DNA from: Nanobdellota archaeon
GTDB lineage: Archaea; Nanobdellota; Nanobdellia; Pacearchaeales; GW2011-AR1
Assembly: GCA_018818285.1 (NCBI GenBank)
Contig: JAHIRT010000032.1
Location: forward strand, 1 to 63,152
Direction: 5' to 3'
DNA length: 63,152 nt
Shown piece after piece: positions 1-8,239 of the stretch (the stretch's first letter is position 1; every line of letters starts with the position of its first letter). A program made the translations under genes and the position numbers. Under the pieces are notes generated by a model, which saw nothing but the letters and a program-made list of their open reading frames with translations, made no database searches and was not told the DNA's origin.

Positions 1-25
1 ATAGCTAGTGAGGCTAGTTGCACTA

Positions 26-106
26 CGCCTGCACCAGGAATTGAACCTGGATGTTCCGAAGAACCCAGCTCTCCAAGCTGGTGGAGTACCATTGTCCCAT
101 GCAGGC
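26..106 (-). tRNA. tRNA-Ser (anticodon GGA)
   Basis: The reverse complement folds as a cloverleaf. Acceptor GCCTGCA/TGCAGGC, 3-bp D stem GGA/TCC, anticodon stem CCAGC/GCTGG with loop TTGGAGA, long variable arm GTTC-TTCG-GAAC typical of tRNA-Ser, T arm CCAGG-TTCAATT-CCTGG. No CCA is encoded. Confidence 0.85.
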
Positions 107-117
107 AAATTATTAAA

Positions 118-426
118 CTATCCTTTCATTTCAATTTTTATATTAACAGAACGAGGAATAGGGGTTCTCATAATTGCATGAAGAACTCTGTCATTTGCAG
201 GAAGGTCAATTACTCTTTTATGTATTCTCATTTCAAATCTATCAAAAGTTGCAGTCCCATCACCACAAGGACTTTTTCTTGTAGTAACCTTAAGTTTTTT
301 TGTTGGCAATGGTATTGGGCCAGAAATAGAAATTCCTGAACTTCCAGCTATGTCTTTTATTACTTTGCAGATTTCATTCAAAGCATTAATATCTACACTG
401 CTTAGCTTGATTCTTACTTTTGTCAT
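118..426 (-). CDS. rps10: 30S ribosomal protein S10 (uS10)
   Basis: The C-terminal 102 aa of ORF 118..546 (MTKVRIKLSS...GPIPLPTKKLKVTTRKSPCGDGTATFDRFEMRIHKR) is a typical uS10. The start is set at the internal ATG at 426 because the longer ORF would overlap rfcS. Confidence 0.9.
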   Translation of the reverse strand: MTKVRIKLSSVDINALNEICKVIKDIAGSSGISISGPIPLPTKKLKVTTRKSPCGDGTATFDRFEMRIHKRVIDLPANDRVLHAIMRTPIPRSVNIKIEMKG

Positions 427-469
427 GTTGAATTTGAGAAAGATTGATTTAAAAAACTTACTGTTGTGG

Positions 470-1432
470 CTAAACCTTGCCTCTTCCAGCCAGAACAAAC
501 GAAGCAAGCAGAGCCTCGAGCTGAATGAATTCGTCGCTTCCTTCAACTAACCGAAATTCAATCTCGCCTGTTTTTTCTGTAAGCCTTACTTTTAATTCAG
601 GTTCAATATTTAGTTTCCAAATTTCTTTTTGAATTGACTTGATTAAATCATGCCCAGATATACTTTCTTTTAACATTATATCAAGAAGTTTTTTCCTTGA
701 GTTTAGAAAATCTCCTGATAAAGCATATTCTAAAACTATTTTTACATCAGAAGGCTTTGCACTTGCAACAACAGTGCTTATTAGTTCTAAAGTTATTTTC
801 GGAGATATTGAAGCAGTTGCTTGAAGCAAATTTGTGACTTTTCTTGCATCTCCTTCACTTGCTTCATAAAGAATATCAATAACATCTTCTTCAATCTCAA
901 GATTTTCTCTTTCTGTAATTCTTCTTATTATTTTTTCCATTTCTTTTTTTTCAATCAGCTTAAAACGAAAAATTGCACACCTTGATTGTATTGGGTCAAT
1001 AATCTTGCTTGAATAATTGCACGACATAACAAATCTGCAGGTTGTAGTGTAATTTTCCATTGTTCTTCTCAAAGCCTGCTGTGCCTCTTTTGTCAAGGCA
1101 TCTGCTTCATCTAAAAATATGACTTTAAACGGAGCATTCCCAAGAGACTTTGTTCTTGCAAAACTTTTTACTTCTTGTCTTACTACCTCTATGCCCCGAG
1201 TATCACTTGCATTTAATTCAAGATAATTTTCTTTCCAATTATCCCCAAATAAACTTTTTACTATAACTAAAGCCATACTACTCTTTCCTGTTCCTGCTGG
1301 GCCTGCAAAAAGTAAATGAGGAATATTCATAGAATTAGTAAGATTCTGAACTCTTTTTACAATTTCTTGTTGGCCAACAATTCCTTCAAAATTTGATGGC
1401 CTGTATTTTTCTGTCCATATTTCACTATCCAT
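470..1432 (-). CDS. rfcS: replication factor C small subunit
   Basis: Clamp-loader AAA+ motifs: Walker A GPAGTGKS, Walker B FLDEADALT, SRC motif QSRCAIFRF. The 320-aa length is typical of archaeal RFC-S, and there is no intein. Confidence 0.92.
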   Translation of the reverse strand: MDSEIWTEKYRPSNFEGIVGQQEIVKRVQNLTNSMNIPHLLFAGPAGTGKSSMALVIVKSLFGDNWKENYLELNASDTRGIEVVRQEVKSFARTKSLGNAPFKVIFLDEADALTKEAQQALRRTMENYTTTCRFVMSCNYSSKIIDPIQSRCAIFRFKLIEKKEMEKIIRRITERENLEIEEDVIDILYEASEGDARKVTNLLQATASISPKITLELISTVVASAKPSDVKIVLEYALSGDFLNSRKKLLDIMLKESISGHDLIKSIQKEIWKLNIEPELKVRLTEKTGEIEFRLVEGSDEFIQLEALLASFVLAGRGKV

Positions 1433-1495
1433 CTTATTTTTAAAAATCCTTAGGTTTTAAAGATTATTGTATTATGAAATATAGAACTAATTAAT

Positions 1496-1573
1496 TTATC
1501 TTGTTCTTTCTCTATGCAGTTTTCTTTTCTTCTTTTCTTTTCTCATTCTCTTTCTCTGCCATTTCCATCTCAT
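1496..1573 (-). CDS. rpl41e: 50S ribosomal protein L41e (eL41), 25 aa; possible upstream start at 1612 giving 38 aa
   Basis: Hand translation of the minus strand gives MRWKWQRKRMRKEKKKRKLHRERTR-stop. This matches the eL41 pattern MRxKWxKKRMRRLKRKRRKMRxR in both length and spacing. It is not in the ORF track (under 60 aa). Confidence 0.7.
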   Translation of the reverse strand: MRWKWQRKRMRKEKKKRKLHRERTR

Positions 1574-1739
1574 CTGTCGTTTTTTCTTCCATCTCCTGCT
1601 ACTTCGTTTCATTTTTCTCCCTGAGTTTTAAAGAAAAGACTGTTCTAAAAAATCTAACAAATTTTTCATATTTCATAGATTTGCTTGTAAAATTTAGTTT
1701 AAAAAACTTTCTTTTAGGGTTTTAAGTTTTTAAAAATTC

Positions 1740-2147
1740 CTAACCGACATAACCTGGCATTTCTCCATATTTTCTTTTACCACCAATAATTTCTTTGAGG
1801 ATTTGTATTGAATCCTCTGAAAAAGCATGCTCAAGTTTATGAGACTCTTTAATTGCCATGTCTTCGTCATGATTAAGAAATTTTTTCATGAATTTTGTTA
1901 TTACCCTATGTTTTGTGTATTGGTTTTCTGCTTTTTTTCTTCCTTGTCTTGTTAAGAAAATTTTTGAATATGGTTGGATTTTTATTAGATTTTTAGAATT
2001 TAATTTTCTTAACATTTCTGATACACTTGATTTTGATATTCCAAGTCTTTTAGATATATCAACTGCTTTAACACCTGGTTTATGAGGGCACTCTAAATCA
2101 TAAATTACTCTAAGATAATCTTCCTCTCCTCTTTTTAAATTTTCCAT
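1740..2147 (-). CDS. DtxR/MntR-family metal-dependent transcriptional repressor
   Basis: N-terminal winged HTH (EDYLRVIYDL...VKAVDISKRLGISKSSVSEMLRKL) followed by a dimerisation/metal-site segment (HRVITKFM...ESHKLEHAFSED), as in DtxR-family proteins. Confidence 0.8.
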   Translation of the reverse strand: MENLKRGEEDYLRVIYDLECPHKPGVKAVDISKRLGISKSSVSEMLRKLNSKNLIKIQPYSKIFLTRQGRKKAENQYTKHRVITKFMKKFLNHDEDMAIKESHKLEHAFSEDSIQILKEIIGGKRKYGEMPGYVG

Positions 2148-2175
2148 TTTGAATTTTTGGGAATCTTTTTTAGAA

Positions 2176-2213
2176 AAGTTCTTAAGTTAGGCAAACAGAA
2201 CTTATTTATAAAC
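2176..2213. promoter_or_regulatory. Inverted repeat overlapping a TATA-like box upstream of the DtxR-family gene (candidate autoregulatory operator)
   Basis: AAGTTCT(2176-2182)...AGAACTT(2197-2203) is a perfect 7-bp inverted repeat, with nested TAAGTT/AACTTA. TTTATAAA follows immediately, about 60 nt upstream of the ATG at 2147. Confidence 0.35.
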
Positions 2214-2227
2214 TTTTTGTTAATTTA

Positions 2228-2338
2228 TTATTGAATATACTTGCTAAGAATTTCACAGCTACCATACATAATAGTAAGAAATGCAAAACCTATAAGAAGA
2301 ATTCCAATACCATCAACAAGCATTTCTAATTCAGTCAT
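2228..2338 (-). CDS. hypothetical 36-aa single-TM peptide (MTELEMLVDGIGILLIGFAFLTIMYGSCEILSKYIQ)
   Basis: Hand-translated. Its ATG overlaps the stop of the upstream 38-aa ORF (ATGA), and it has a hydrophobic core. Confidence 0.3.
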   Translation of the reverse strand: MTELEMLVDGIGILLIGFAFLTIMYGSCEILSKYIQ

Positions 2339-2451
2339 AGGGGGTCCTGACTCTTCTCTGTCTGCTTTTTCTCTTCTCGTTCATACTCTCCCCAACCTGC
2401 GTAACCTCCAGAATCTCTATCTCCCATTTGTCTATTAGTTAGATTTGACAT
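2335..2451 (-). CDS. hypothetical 38-aa hydrophilic peptide (MSNLTNRQMGDRDSGGYAGWGEYEREEKKQTEKSQDPL)
   Basis: Hand-translated and coupled to the downstream TM peptide by an ATGA overlap. It competes with the implausible plus-strand ORF 2241..2438. Confidence 0.25.
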   Translation of the reverse strand: MSNLTNRQMGDRDSGGYAGWGEYEREEKKQTEKSQDPL

Positions 2452-2646
2452 GATAAATTAAAGTTGTTTAACTATTTATTTCTTTCTGAATGTGTGAATT
2501 ATAGATTCTTTAATTAAGTCATAATTTAAATAATGTTATTCCCAATTAGAATCTGGAGGAATTAATAAGTTTTAAAATGGATTTAGAAAAAATAATTAAA
2601 AATGTTTTTATAATCATTGCATTGGGTTTTGTTATATACATATTCG

Positions 2647-2886
2647 CTATAACTTTTCCAAAATTGGTTTGATTTTTTTATATAAAATATAAACTAAAAT
2701 AAAAAACATAATCCATGGAAACAAAAGGATTATAAGTATCAAAAGAAGAAAAACTAAAATTGGTAATTTAGCAGAATCTCCAATTTCCCATAAAATAATT
2801 ATCTTATACCAAATTTCTTTAATTAGAACATCTAAATAAAAAGTGGAATATAATTTATCAATTATAAATTCTTTAATTATATTCAT
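2647..2886 (-). CDS. small membrane protein (79 aa)
   Basis: Has a hydrophobic helix region (LPILVFLLLILIILLFPWIMFFILVYILY). It overlaps the upstream nuclease gene by 4 nt, which suggests co-translation. Confidence 0.55.
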   Translation of the reverse strand: MNIIKEFIIDKLYSTFYLDVLIKEIWYKIIILWEIGDSAKLPILVFLLLILIILLFPWIMFFILVYILYKKIKPILEKL

Positions 2887-4079
2887 CTTATCATAGATTT
2901 TTCTTGTATTTCTGTTTTCTTATCTTTTTTAATAAAAACATACATTTGGATAATCGTAGCTATAGATAAACTTAAAAGATATCTTTTAAAAAATGTATTC
3001 AGAAAAAACAAATTGTATAGATTAAAATATATTGCTACTAATGTTAAAAGAAAAAGAATTGGTAATGACAAGATGAAAGGCATAATGAAATCCCAAAAAA
3101 TAATCCCTACATCCTTGCCTCTAACCCATACATTATCTTTAACTTCCTCTAAAAGTTTTTGTTCATCATTATTAAATGGACGTTTCTCTATCATTTGTTC
3201 TAATATCGCTGAAAAAACAGTAAAGATAAGAATAGCAAGAAAAAAACCCAAAATTTTCCACCATCCATGAAAAATTACTATACTTAAAATTATTACTAAT
3301 ATAAAAATTGGAATTTCTATTAAAATTGAAATTCTATCTAATTTTCTAAATTTACTATAGATTCTTAATTTCTTTTTTCTCAATTCTTTATACTTTTTGT
3401 CTCCGATTTTTTTTCTCAAAATTTCATTTTTAAGTAAATCATTAAATTCCGAATTATCTAATATTTTAGCTTGTTTCTTCAATACATTTTTAGAAATCTG
3501 TTCTAAATCAGATTCTTTTATTTTTTGAAGCCTTTCAATTATATTATTTTTTCTCAAAATTTCATTTTTAAGTAAATCATTAAATTCCGAATTATCTGAT
3601 ATTTTAGCTTTTTGTTTTAAATTCTCTTCAATCTTATTACCGAATTCTGCTTGTTCTATCTTTTTAATTCTTTCTATAATTTCTTTAAATTCTAATGATT
3701 CTCCGATAACTCCATATAATTCATTATTATTTTCTATATTATTTAATTCATGAATTTTATCTTCATCCCATAAATGAATGCCCAATTCTTTAGCTAAATA
3801 AAAATATTTTTCTGGGATACTTAAACCTGCTATTGCAACCAAAGTTTTGTCTGCATTTGCTTTTCTTCCTTTGCTTTCCCACTGATGTAATAAACTTCCA
3901 ATGTTCATATAAGATTTATCATATTGTTTAGCTTCAATTAAAATTACAAAACCATTTTTTTCTGCAATAACATCAGCTTCAAATCCAAATTTAGTTGAAT
4001 TTAAACTTACATTAAACCCAATCCTTTCAAATAAATTTGCAATTGTCCTTTCAAGGAAAGTTCCTTTTCTTCTTGCCAT
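2883..4079 (-). CDS. membrane-anchored PD-(D/E)xK (Hjc/Mrr-like) nuclease-domain protein with coiled-coil repeat
   Basis: The N-terminal ~110 aa carries ERTIANLFERIGF...EADVIAEKNGFVILIEAKQY (E...D...ExK signature). The middle region has a duplicated 46-aa-spaced segment (DNSEFNDLLKNEILRK x2). The C-terminal half has several hydrophobic helices. Confidence 0.65.
   Translation of the reverse strand: MARRKGTFLERTIANLFERIGFNVSLNSTKFGFEADVIAEKNGFVILIEAKQYDKSYMNIGSLLHQWESKGRKANADKTLVAIAGLSIPEKYFYLAKELGIHLWDEDKIHELNNIENNNELYGVIGESLEFKEIIERIKKIEQAEFGNKIEENLKQKAKISDNSEFNDLLKNEILRKNNIIERLQKIKESDLEQISKNVLKKQAKILDNSEFNDLLKNEILRKKIGDKKYKELRKKKLRIYSKFRKLDRISILIEIPIFILVIILSIVIFHGWWKILGFFLAILIFTVFSAILEQMIEKRPFNNDEQKLLEEVKDNVWVRGKDVGIIFWDFIMPFILSLPILFLLTLVAIYFNLYNLFFLNTFFKRYLLSLSIATIIQMYVFIKKDKKTEIQEKSMIR
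3409..3610. repeat. Two ~64-bp direct repeat copies, 138 bp apart, inside the nuclease gene
   Basis: ttttttctcaaaatttcatttttaagtaaatcattaaattccgaattatctNatattttagct occurs at about 3409-3472 and 3547-3610 with one mismatch. The offset is in frame (46 codons). Confidence 0.85.
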
Positions 4080-4396
4080 AAAAAACTTAGTAATTTATCA
4101 ATTTTAAATTTAACTGATAACCAAAAAGATTATAAATATTATTCAAATACGGCTCTTGATGGATCACATACAAAAAATTATCTTATTATTTGCATTAAGT
4201 TGTTTAGAGATTTCTTTGTTATTTGGAGTTGTTTATATTTCATTTGCTGTAGCATTAAATAATTTTGATTATATGAAGCTGATTATAATATTAATAATGA
4301 CGGGTATTTTTATTAGAACATGTCTTAACTATTTCCTTTCTTAATCTTCTTTAAATAAATTTTCTAAAATACTTCCCTTCCTCCCAAGTTCGTTCA

Positions 4397-6997
4397 TTAT
4401 CTTTTAAATATTTGTTTCGCGAACTTCCCCGCCTCAAACACAACTACTCCTATTAAAGCTAAAGGTACAATATAAAACCATTCTGTTGTTAATGGAACAA
4501 TTCCAAACAAGCTTCCAAGAGGAGAATACATTAATCCTAAATGCAATACAATAACTAATAAAACAGCATAATTTAACCATTTGTTTGAAAAGATTCCAAT
4601 TTCTTTTAGTGGCTTATCAGAACGGCAAGTAAAAACAAAAAATGCTTCAAACATGACAATTGTTGTTAATAGAATAGTTCTTGTTCTTGTGATATCTAAA
4701 TTTTTTAAACCATAATGAAGCAGTCCAATTTCAAGAATCAATCCTATTAAAGTTGCTATTAAAATAAAACCTAAAATTCCTTTTAAAATACTTTTTTCTT
4801 TGAGGGGTTTTCTTGACATAACATTATGCCCTTTTTCTTCTGACAATGCAAGAGCAGGAAAAGAATCTGTAATTAGGTTTATCCAAAGAATTTGCAGAGG
4901 AAGCAAAGGCAATGGCAATCCCAAGAGTATTGAATAAAAAATCAAAAGAATCTCCTTGAAATTAACTGCAAGAAGATATTTTGTAAATTTTTTTGTGTTG
5001 TCATAAACAACTCTTCCTTCTTTCACTCCAAGGACAATTGAGGCAAAGTTATCATCTAAGAGAATTATATCTGAAACATCTCTTGCAACATCTGTTCCAC
5101 GAATTCCCATTGCAATTCCAACATCTGCTTTTTTCAATGCAAGAATATCATTAACTCCATCGCCTGTTACTGCAACTGTTTCAGTTTCTTTTAAAACAGA
5201 TATAATTTTGAATTTTTGCTTTGGGTTTATTCTTGCAAATATTTCAGTTTCATTAATTTTTTGTTTTAATTCATTTTCATTTAAGCTATCTAATTCTATT
5301 CCAGTCATTAGTTTTCCTTTTAATCCAATTTCATCTGCAACTGCTCTTGCTGTTAAAGCAGCATCTCCTGTGAGCATTTTTATTTTTATTCCTGCTTTTT
5401 TGCATAATCTAATTGCATCTTTTACTTCTTTTCTTGGGGGGTCTATCATTCCAATAAATCCGAGGAAAATAAAATCCTCTTCTTTGTAATCTTTTTTTAC
5501 ATATTTGAAAGCAAAGGCTAATGTTCTTAATGCTTTTCCCTGCATTTTTTCTGCTATGTCTGAAAGCTCTTTTTTTCTTGTATCAGTTAAAGCAACAAAA
5601 TTTCCATTTATTAATTCTTTAGAACATCTTTTAAGAATAACTTCATCACTTCCTTTTGCATAAATTATTTCTCTTCTTTCTTTTCTTATAACTGACATCA
5701 TTTGTCTATCAGAAGAAAATGCTATTTCTTTTATTTTAGGCTCTTTTTCTGCGAATATTTTTTTATCTATATTCAATTCATAAGCTGACTGAACAAGTGC
5801 TGCTTCTGTTGGGTCTCCGATAACTTCAAAATTTTCTTTATTGCCCTCGTATCTTGCATTATTGCACAAAACACTTGTTTTAAGAAGCTGGAATAATGAT
5901 TTGTTTTCTATTACATTAATTTTTTTATTATTTTTCATTAACTTATCTTCTTTTTTCTTAAAAAAAGAATTATCAGAGAAAATTTCTGTAACTTGCATTT
6001 TTTCTTCTGTTATTGTTCCTGTTTTGTCTGAGCATATTACAGTTACTTCTCCAAGTGATTCTGTTGCTGGAATTCTTCTTACAAGAGTTTTTACATCCAA
6101 CATTTTTCTTGTTGCAAAAACAAGAGATATAGTTATTATTGCAGGCAAGCCCTCTGGAACTGCTGAAACAGCTAAAGCCACAATAGTGAGGAATATTTCA
6201 TAACCTGCCCCATTTATAAAATATGCTACAACAAATAATACAGCTAAAATTGAAAGAATAAAAATTCCTAATTTTTTAGCAAAGCTGTCTATTTTTTTTT
6301 GCATTGGTGTTGGAGAGATTTTGATTTCCTGAACTGTTTCAGCTATTTTTCCAAATTCTGTTTTCATCCCAGTTTCAACAACAACAGCCCTGCAATTTCC
6401 ATTTAAAACAAGGGTTCCTGCATAAAGCATATTTGAATGCTTGTAAAGTGGTGTTGAGTTTTTTAATACAGAAACTGATTTTTTAACTGGAATTGATTCT
6501 CCTGTGAGAACTGCTTCATTTACTTGCAAATCTTCTGATTTAAGTATTCTGCAATCTGATGTTATTTTGCTTCCTTCTCTTAAAATTAAAATATCTCCTG
6601 GAACAATTTCACTTGATTCTATTTCTCTTAATCTTCCTTCTCTTATTACTTGAGATTTTGGAATAAAAAATTTTCTTAGATTTTTTATTGCTCTTTCTGC
6701 TTTATATTGCTGGTAAAAACCAAGTGAAGCATTAAGAATTATAATCGCAAAAATAACTGAGGCATCTACATAATGTTTTATTATCAAGGAAACAATTGTT
6801 GCTGCAAGAAGTATGTAAATTAAAAATGATTTAAATTGGAGAAAAAATATTTTTAAGGGGTTTAATTTATCAGTTTCTTTTAGCTGATTTTTTCCATATT
6901 TTTGCAGGCGTTTTTCTGCTTCTTTTTCTGATAAACCTTGTTCTGATGTTTGCAGGAGTTTTAGGAGTTCTTCTTTTTTAAGGGAGTAGTAGTTCAT
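4397..6997 (-). CDS. P-type cation-transporting ATPase (P2/Ca2+-ATPase-like)
   Basis: Motifs TGES (LTGESIPV), PEGLPA in M4, phosphorylation site CSDKTGTIT and hinge TGDGVNDILALKKADVGIAMG. There are about 10 hydrophobic segments. Confidence 0.92.
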   Translation of the reverse strand: MNYYSLKKEELLKLLQTSEQGLSEKEAEKRLQKYGKNQLKETDKLNPLKIFFLQFKSFLIYILLAATIVSLIIKHYVDASVIFAIIILNASLGFYQQYKAERAIKNLRKFFIPKSQVIREGRLREIESSEIVPGDILILREGSKITSDCRILKSEDLQVNEAVLTGESIPVKKSVSVLKNSTPLYKHSNMLYAGTLVLNGNCRAVVVETGMKTEFGKIAETVQEIKISPTPMQKKIDSFAKKLGIFILSILAVLFVVAYFINGAGYEIFLTIVALAVSAVPEGLPAIITISLVFATRKMLDVKTLVRRIPATESLGEVTVICSDKTGTITEEKMQVTEIFSDNSFFKKKEDKLMKNNKKINVIENKSLFQLLKTSVLCNNARYEGNKENFEVIGDPTEAALVQSAYELNIDKKIFAEKEPKIKEIAFSSDRQMMSVIRKERREIIYAKGSDEVILKRCSKELINGNFVALTDTRKKELSDIAEKMQGKALRTLAFAFKYVKKDYKEEDFIFLGFIGMIDPPRKEVKDAIRLCKKAGIKIKMLTGDAALTARAVADEIGLKGKLMTGIELDSLNENELKQKINETEIFARINPKQKFKIISVLKETETVAVTGDGVNDILALKKADVGIAMGIRGTDVARDVSDIILLDDNFASIVLGVKEGRVVYDNTKKFTKYLLAVNFKEILLIFYSILLGLPLPLLPLQILWINLITDSFPALALSEEKGHNVMSRKPLKEKSILKGILGFILIATLIGLILEIGLLHYGLKNLDITRTRTILLTTIVMFEAFFVFTCRSDKPLKEIGIFSNKWLNYAVLLVIVLHLGLMYSPLGSLFGIVPLTTEWFYIVPLALIGVVVFEAGKFAKQIFKR

Positions 6998-7058
6998 ATT
7001 AAGAAGAGAAATAAGAACTATAAAAACATTTTTAAACTGCTAAAACAAGCATAATTAA

Positions 7059-7442
7059 GCGAGTTGGATAGCTGGCTTCGGAAATCACTCATTAAGTTGA
7101 GAGGACTTGTTTATATCAAATCTGATTTCTGAGGAAGGTCCGCACACCAATTAATGTGATTGTCGAAATGGCAACTGCCGTGAGGTTAGAGCTCCAGAAC
7201 AGAAACGACACAGCTCTTGTTGAGTTATGAAACTTGCGTGGAACTAAGAAACAAGAGATATGATGAAACGTTGAAATTCTTTTATGGGATTTCAATGTCC
7301 CAAAAATCTGAAAAGATTTTTTAGGACGGCTGTCTTCACTGGTGCAACCACAATGTCGTGGGCAAAGACTGATGTCAGCATAAATCGTTTGTCTATTATA
7401 TAGAAACAAGATTTAACAGAATGTGGCCTATTTCCAACTCGC
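7059..7442 (+). ncRNA. rnpB: RNase P RNA (archaeal type)
   Basis: P1 pairs GCGAGTTGGA(7059-)/TCCAACTCGC(-7442). CR-I is GAGGAAGGTCCGCA, including the bulged U. CR-V is ACAGAATGTGGCCTAT, which pairs with CR-I to form P4. A TATA-like TTTTTAAAC lies about 25 nt upstream. Confidence 0.85.
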
Positions 7443-7508
7443 TAAACTTTTTTAATATATATTTTCTATTATAATAAATATTTTAAAGAGTGTATTTTTC
7501 TAATTTTT

Positions 7509-7862
7509 ATGAATGATAAGATTGTTATCTTGATTGGTGAAACAGATTACATTTGTTTTGTTAATATGGAAGGTTTTACAAAACTTCTCACTGGAGATAA
7601 ACTTGAAACTATATTGTTAGATTCTAAAACTAAAAAAGAAACTGGTAAGATGGTTAGTTTAAAGGAAGATCGTTTGATTTCAGGAGATGGAGATATTAAT
7701 ATGGTTCCTGAAGATGCAAGTTATGATAAAGCTGAAAAAGTAGAATTGTTGATAGGTTATAATGCTGGTGATATGTTAGCAAGAGAAAAATGGTGTAAAG
7801 CCAGATGGGCATATGGAGATATTTTTGTTGAAGTTGTTGATGATTTAAGTCAATATAGATAG
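7509..7862 (+). CDS. hypothetical protein (117 aa)
   Basis: Clean ORF between rnpB and tRNA-Phe. No motif recognised. Confidence 0.5.
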   Translation: MNDKIVILIGETDYICFVNMEGFTKLLTGDKLETILLDSKTKKETGKMVSLKEDRLISGDGDINMVPEDASYDKAEKVELLIGYNAGDMLAREKWCKARWAYGDIFVEVVDDLSQYR

Positions 7863-7904
7863 TTTTCTAAAGATTTTTAAATTGATTATTCTTAAAATTC
7901 TTAA

Positions 7905-7998
7905 GGGATAGTAGCTCAGTGGGAGAGCACATGACTGAAGCTAATATTAAAAATTAGGAGAAATCATGGGGTCGGGAGTTCAATTCTCCCCTGTCCCA
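7905..7998 (+). tRNA. tRNA-Phe (anticodon GAA) with ~22-nt intron at 37/38
   Basis: Acceptor GGGATAG/CTGTCCC, D arm GCTC-AGTGGGA-GAGC, anticodon stem CATGA/TCATG with loop CTGAAG|intron|A, T arm GGGAG-TTCAATT-CTCCC. The intron (about 7941-7962) contains a CTAAT/ATTAG helix. A TATA-like box lies about 25 nt upstream. Confidence 0.88.
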
Positions 7999-8047
7999 TT
8001 TTAAAAAGTTTTATAAAAGCGAAAAACTTATAATAAATAATAAAAAG

Positions 8048-8239
8048 ATGGTGAAAAAAGCACAAGCAGATTTAAGAATGATATTGTGTATTTTTGTAAT
8101 TATGTTTGGAGCTCTTGGCATTGGCAGTTTAGGGATTGGAATTATGTTAAATAATAATAATAATACTGTTACATGGTTTGGCGGTTTATTAACTTCACTT
8201 ATAGGTATTATTGCATCAACAATACAGGAGTTTATATGA
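8048..8239 (+). CDS. small membrane protein (63 aa)
   Basis: Two hydrophobic helices. Its stop overlaps the next ATG (ATGA). Confidence 0.45.
   Translation: MVKKAQADLRMILCIFVIMFGALGIGSLGIGIMLNNNNNTVTWFGGLLTSLIGIIASTIQEFI

Noticed and set aside
427-546. N-terminal 40-aa extension of the S10 ORF
   Set aside because: It would overlap the 3' end of rfcS, and its sequence does not resemble uS10. The internal ATG at 426 gives a canonical-length protein.
1501-1725. 74-aa plus-strand ORF rich in Phe/Ser
   Set aside because: It is low-complexity translation of a pyrimidine-rich strand. The opposite strand encodes the eL41-like peptide.
2241-2438. 65-aa plus-strand ORF
   Set aside because: Its Pro/Ser/Ile-rich sequence has no start context. 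Minus-strand mini-ORFs are slightly more plausible, but even those are low confidence.
7116-7409. 97-aa minus-strand ORF
   Set aside because: It lies entirely inside the RNase P RNA and has no protein-like features. It is an artefact of a structured RNA gene.
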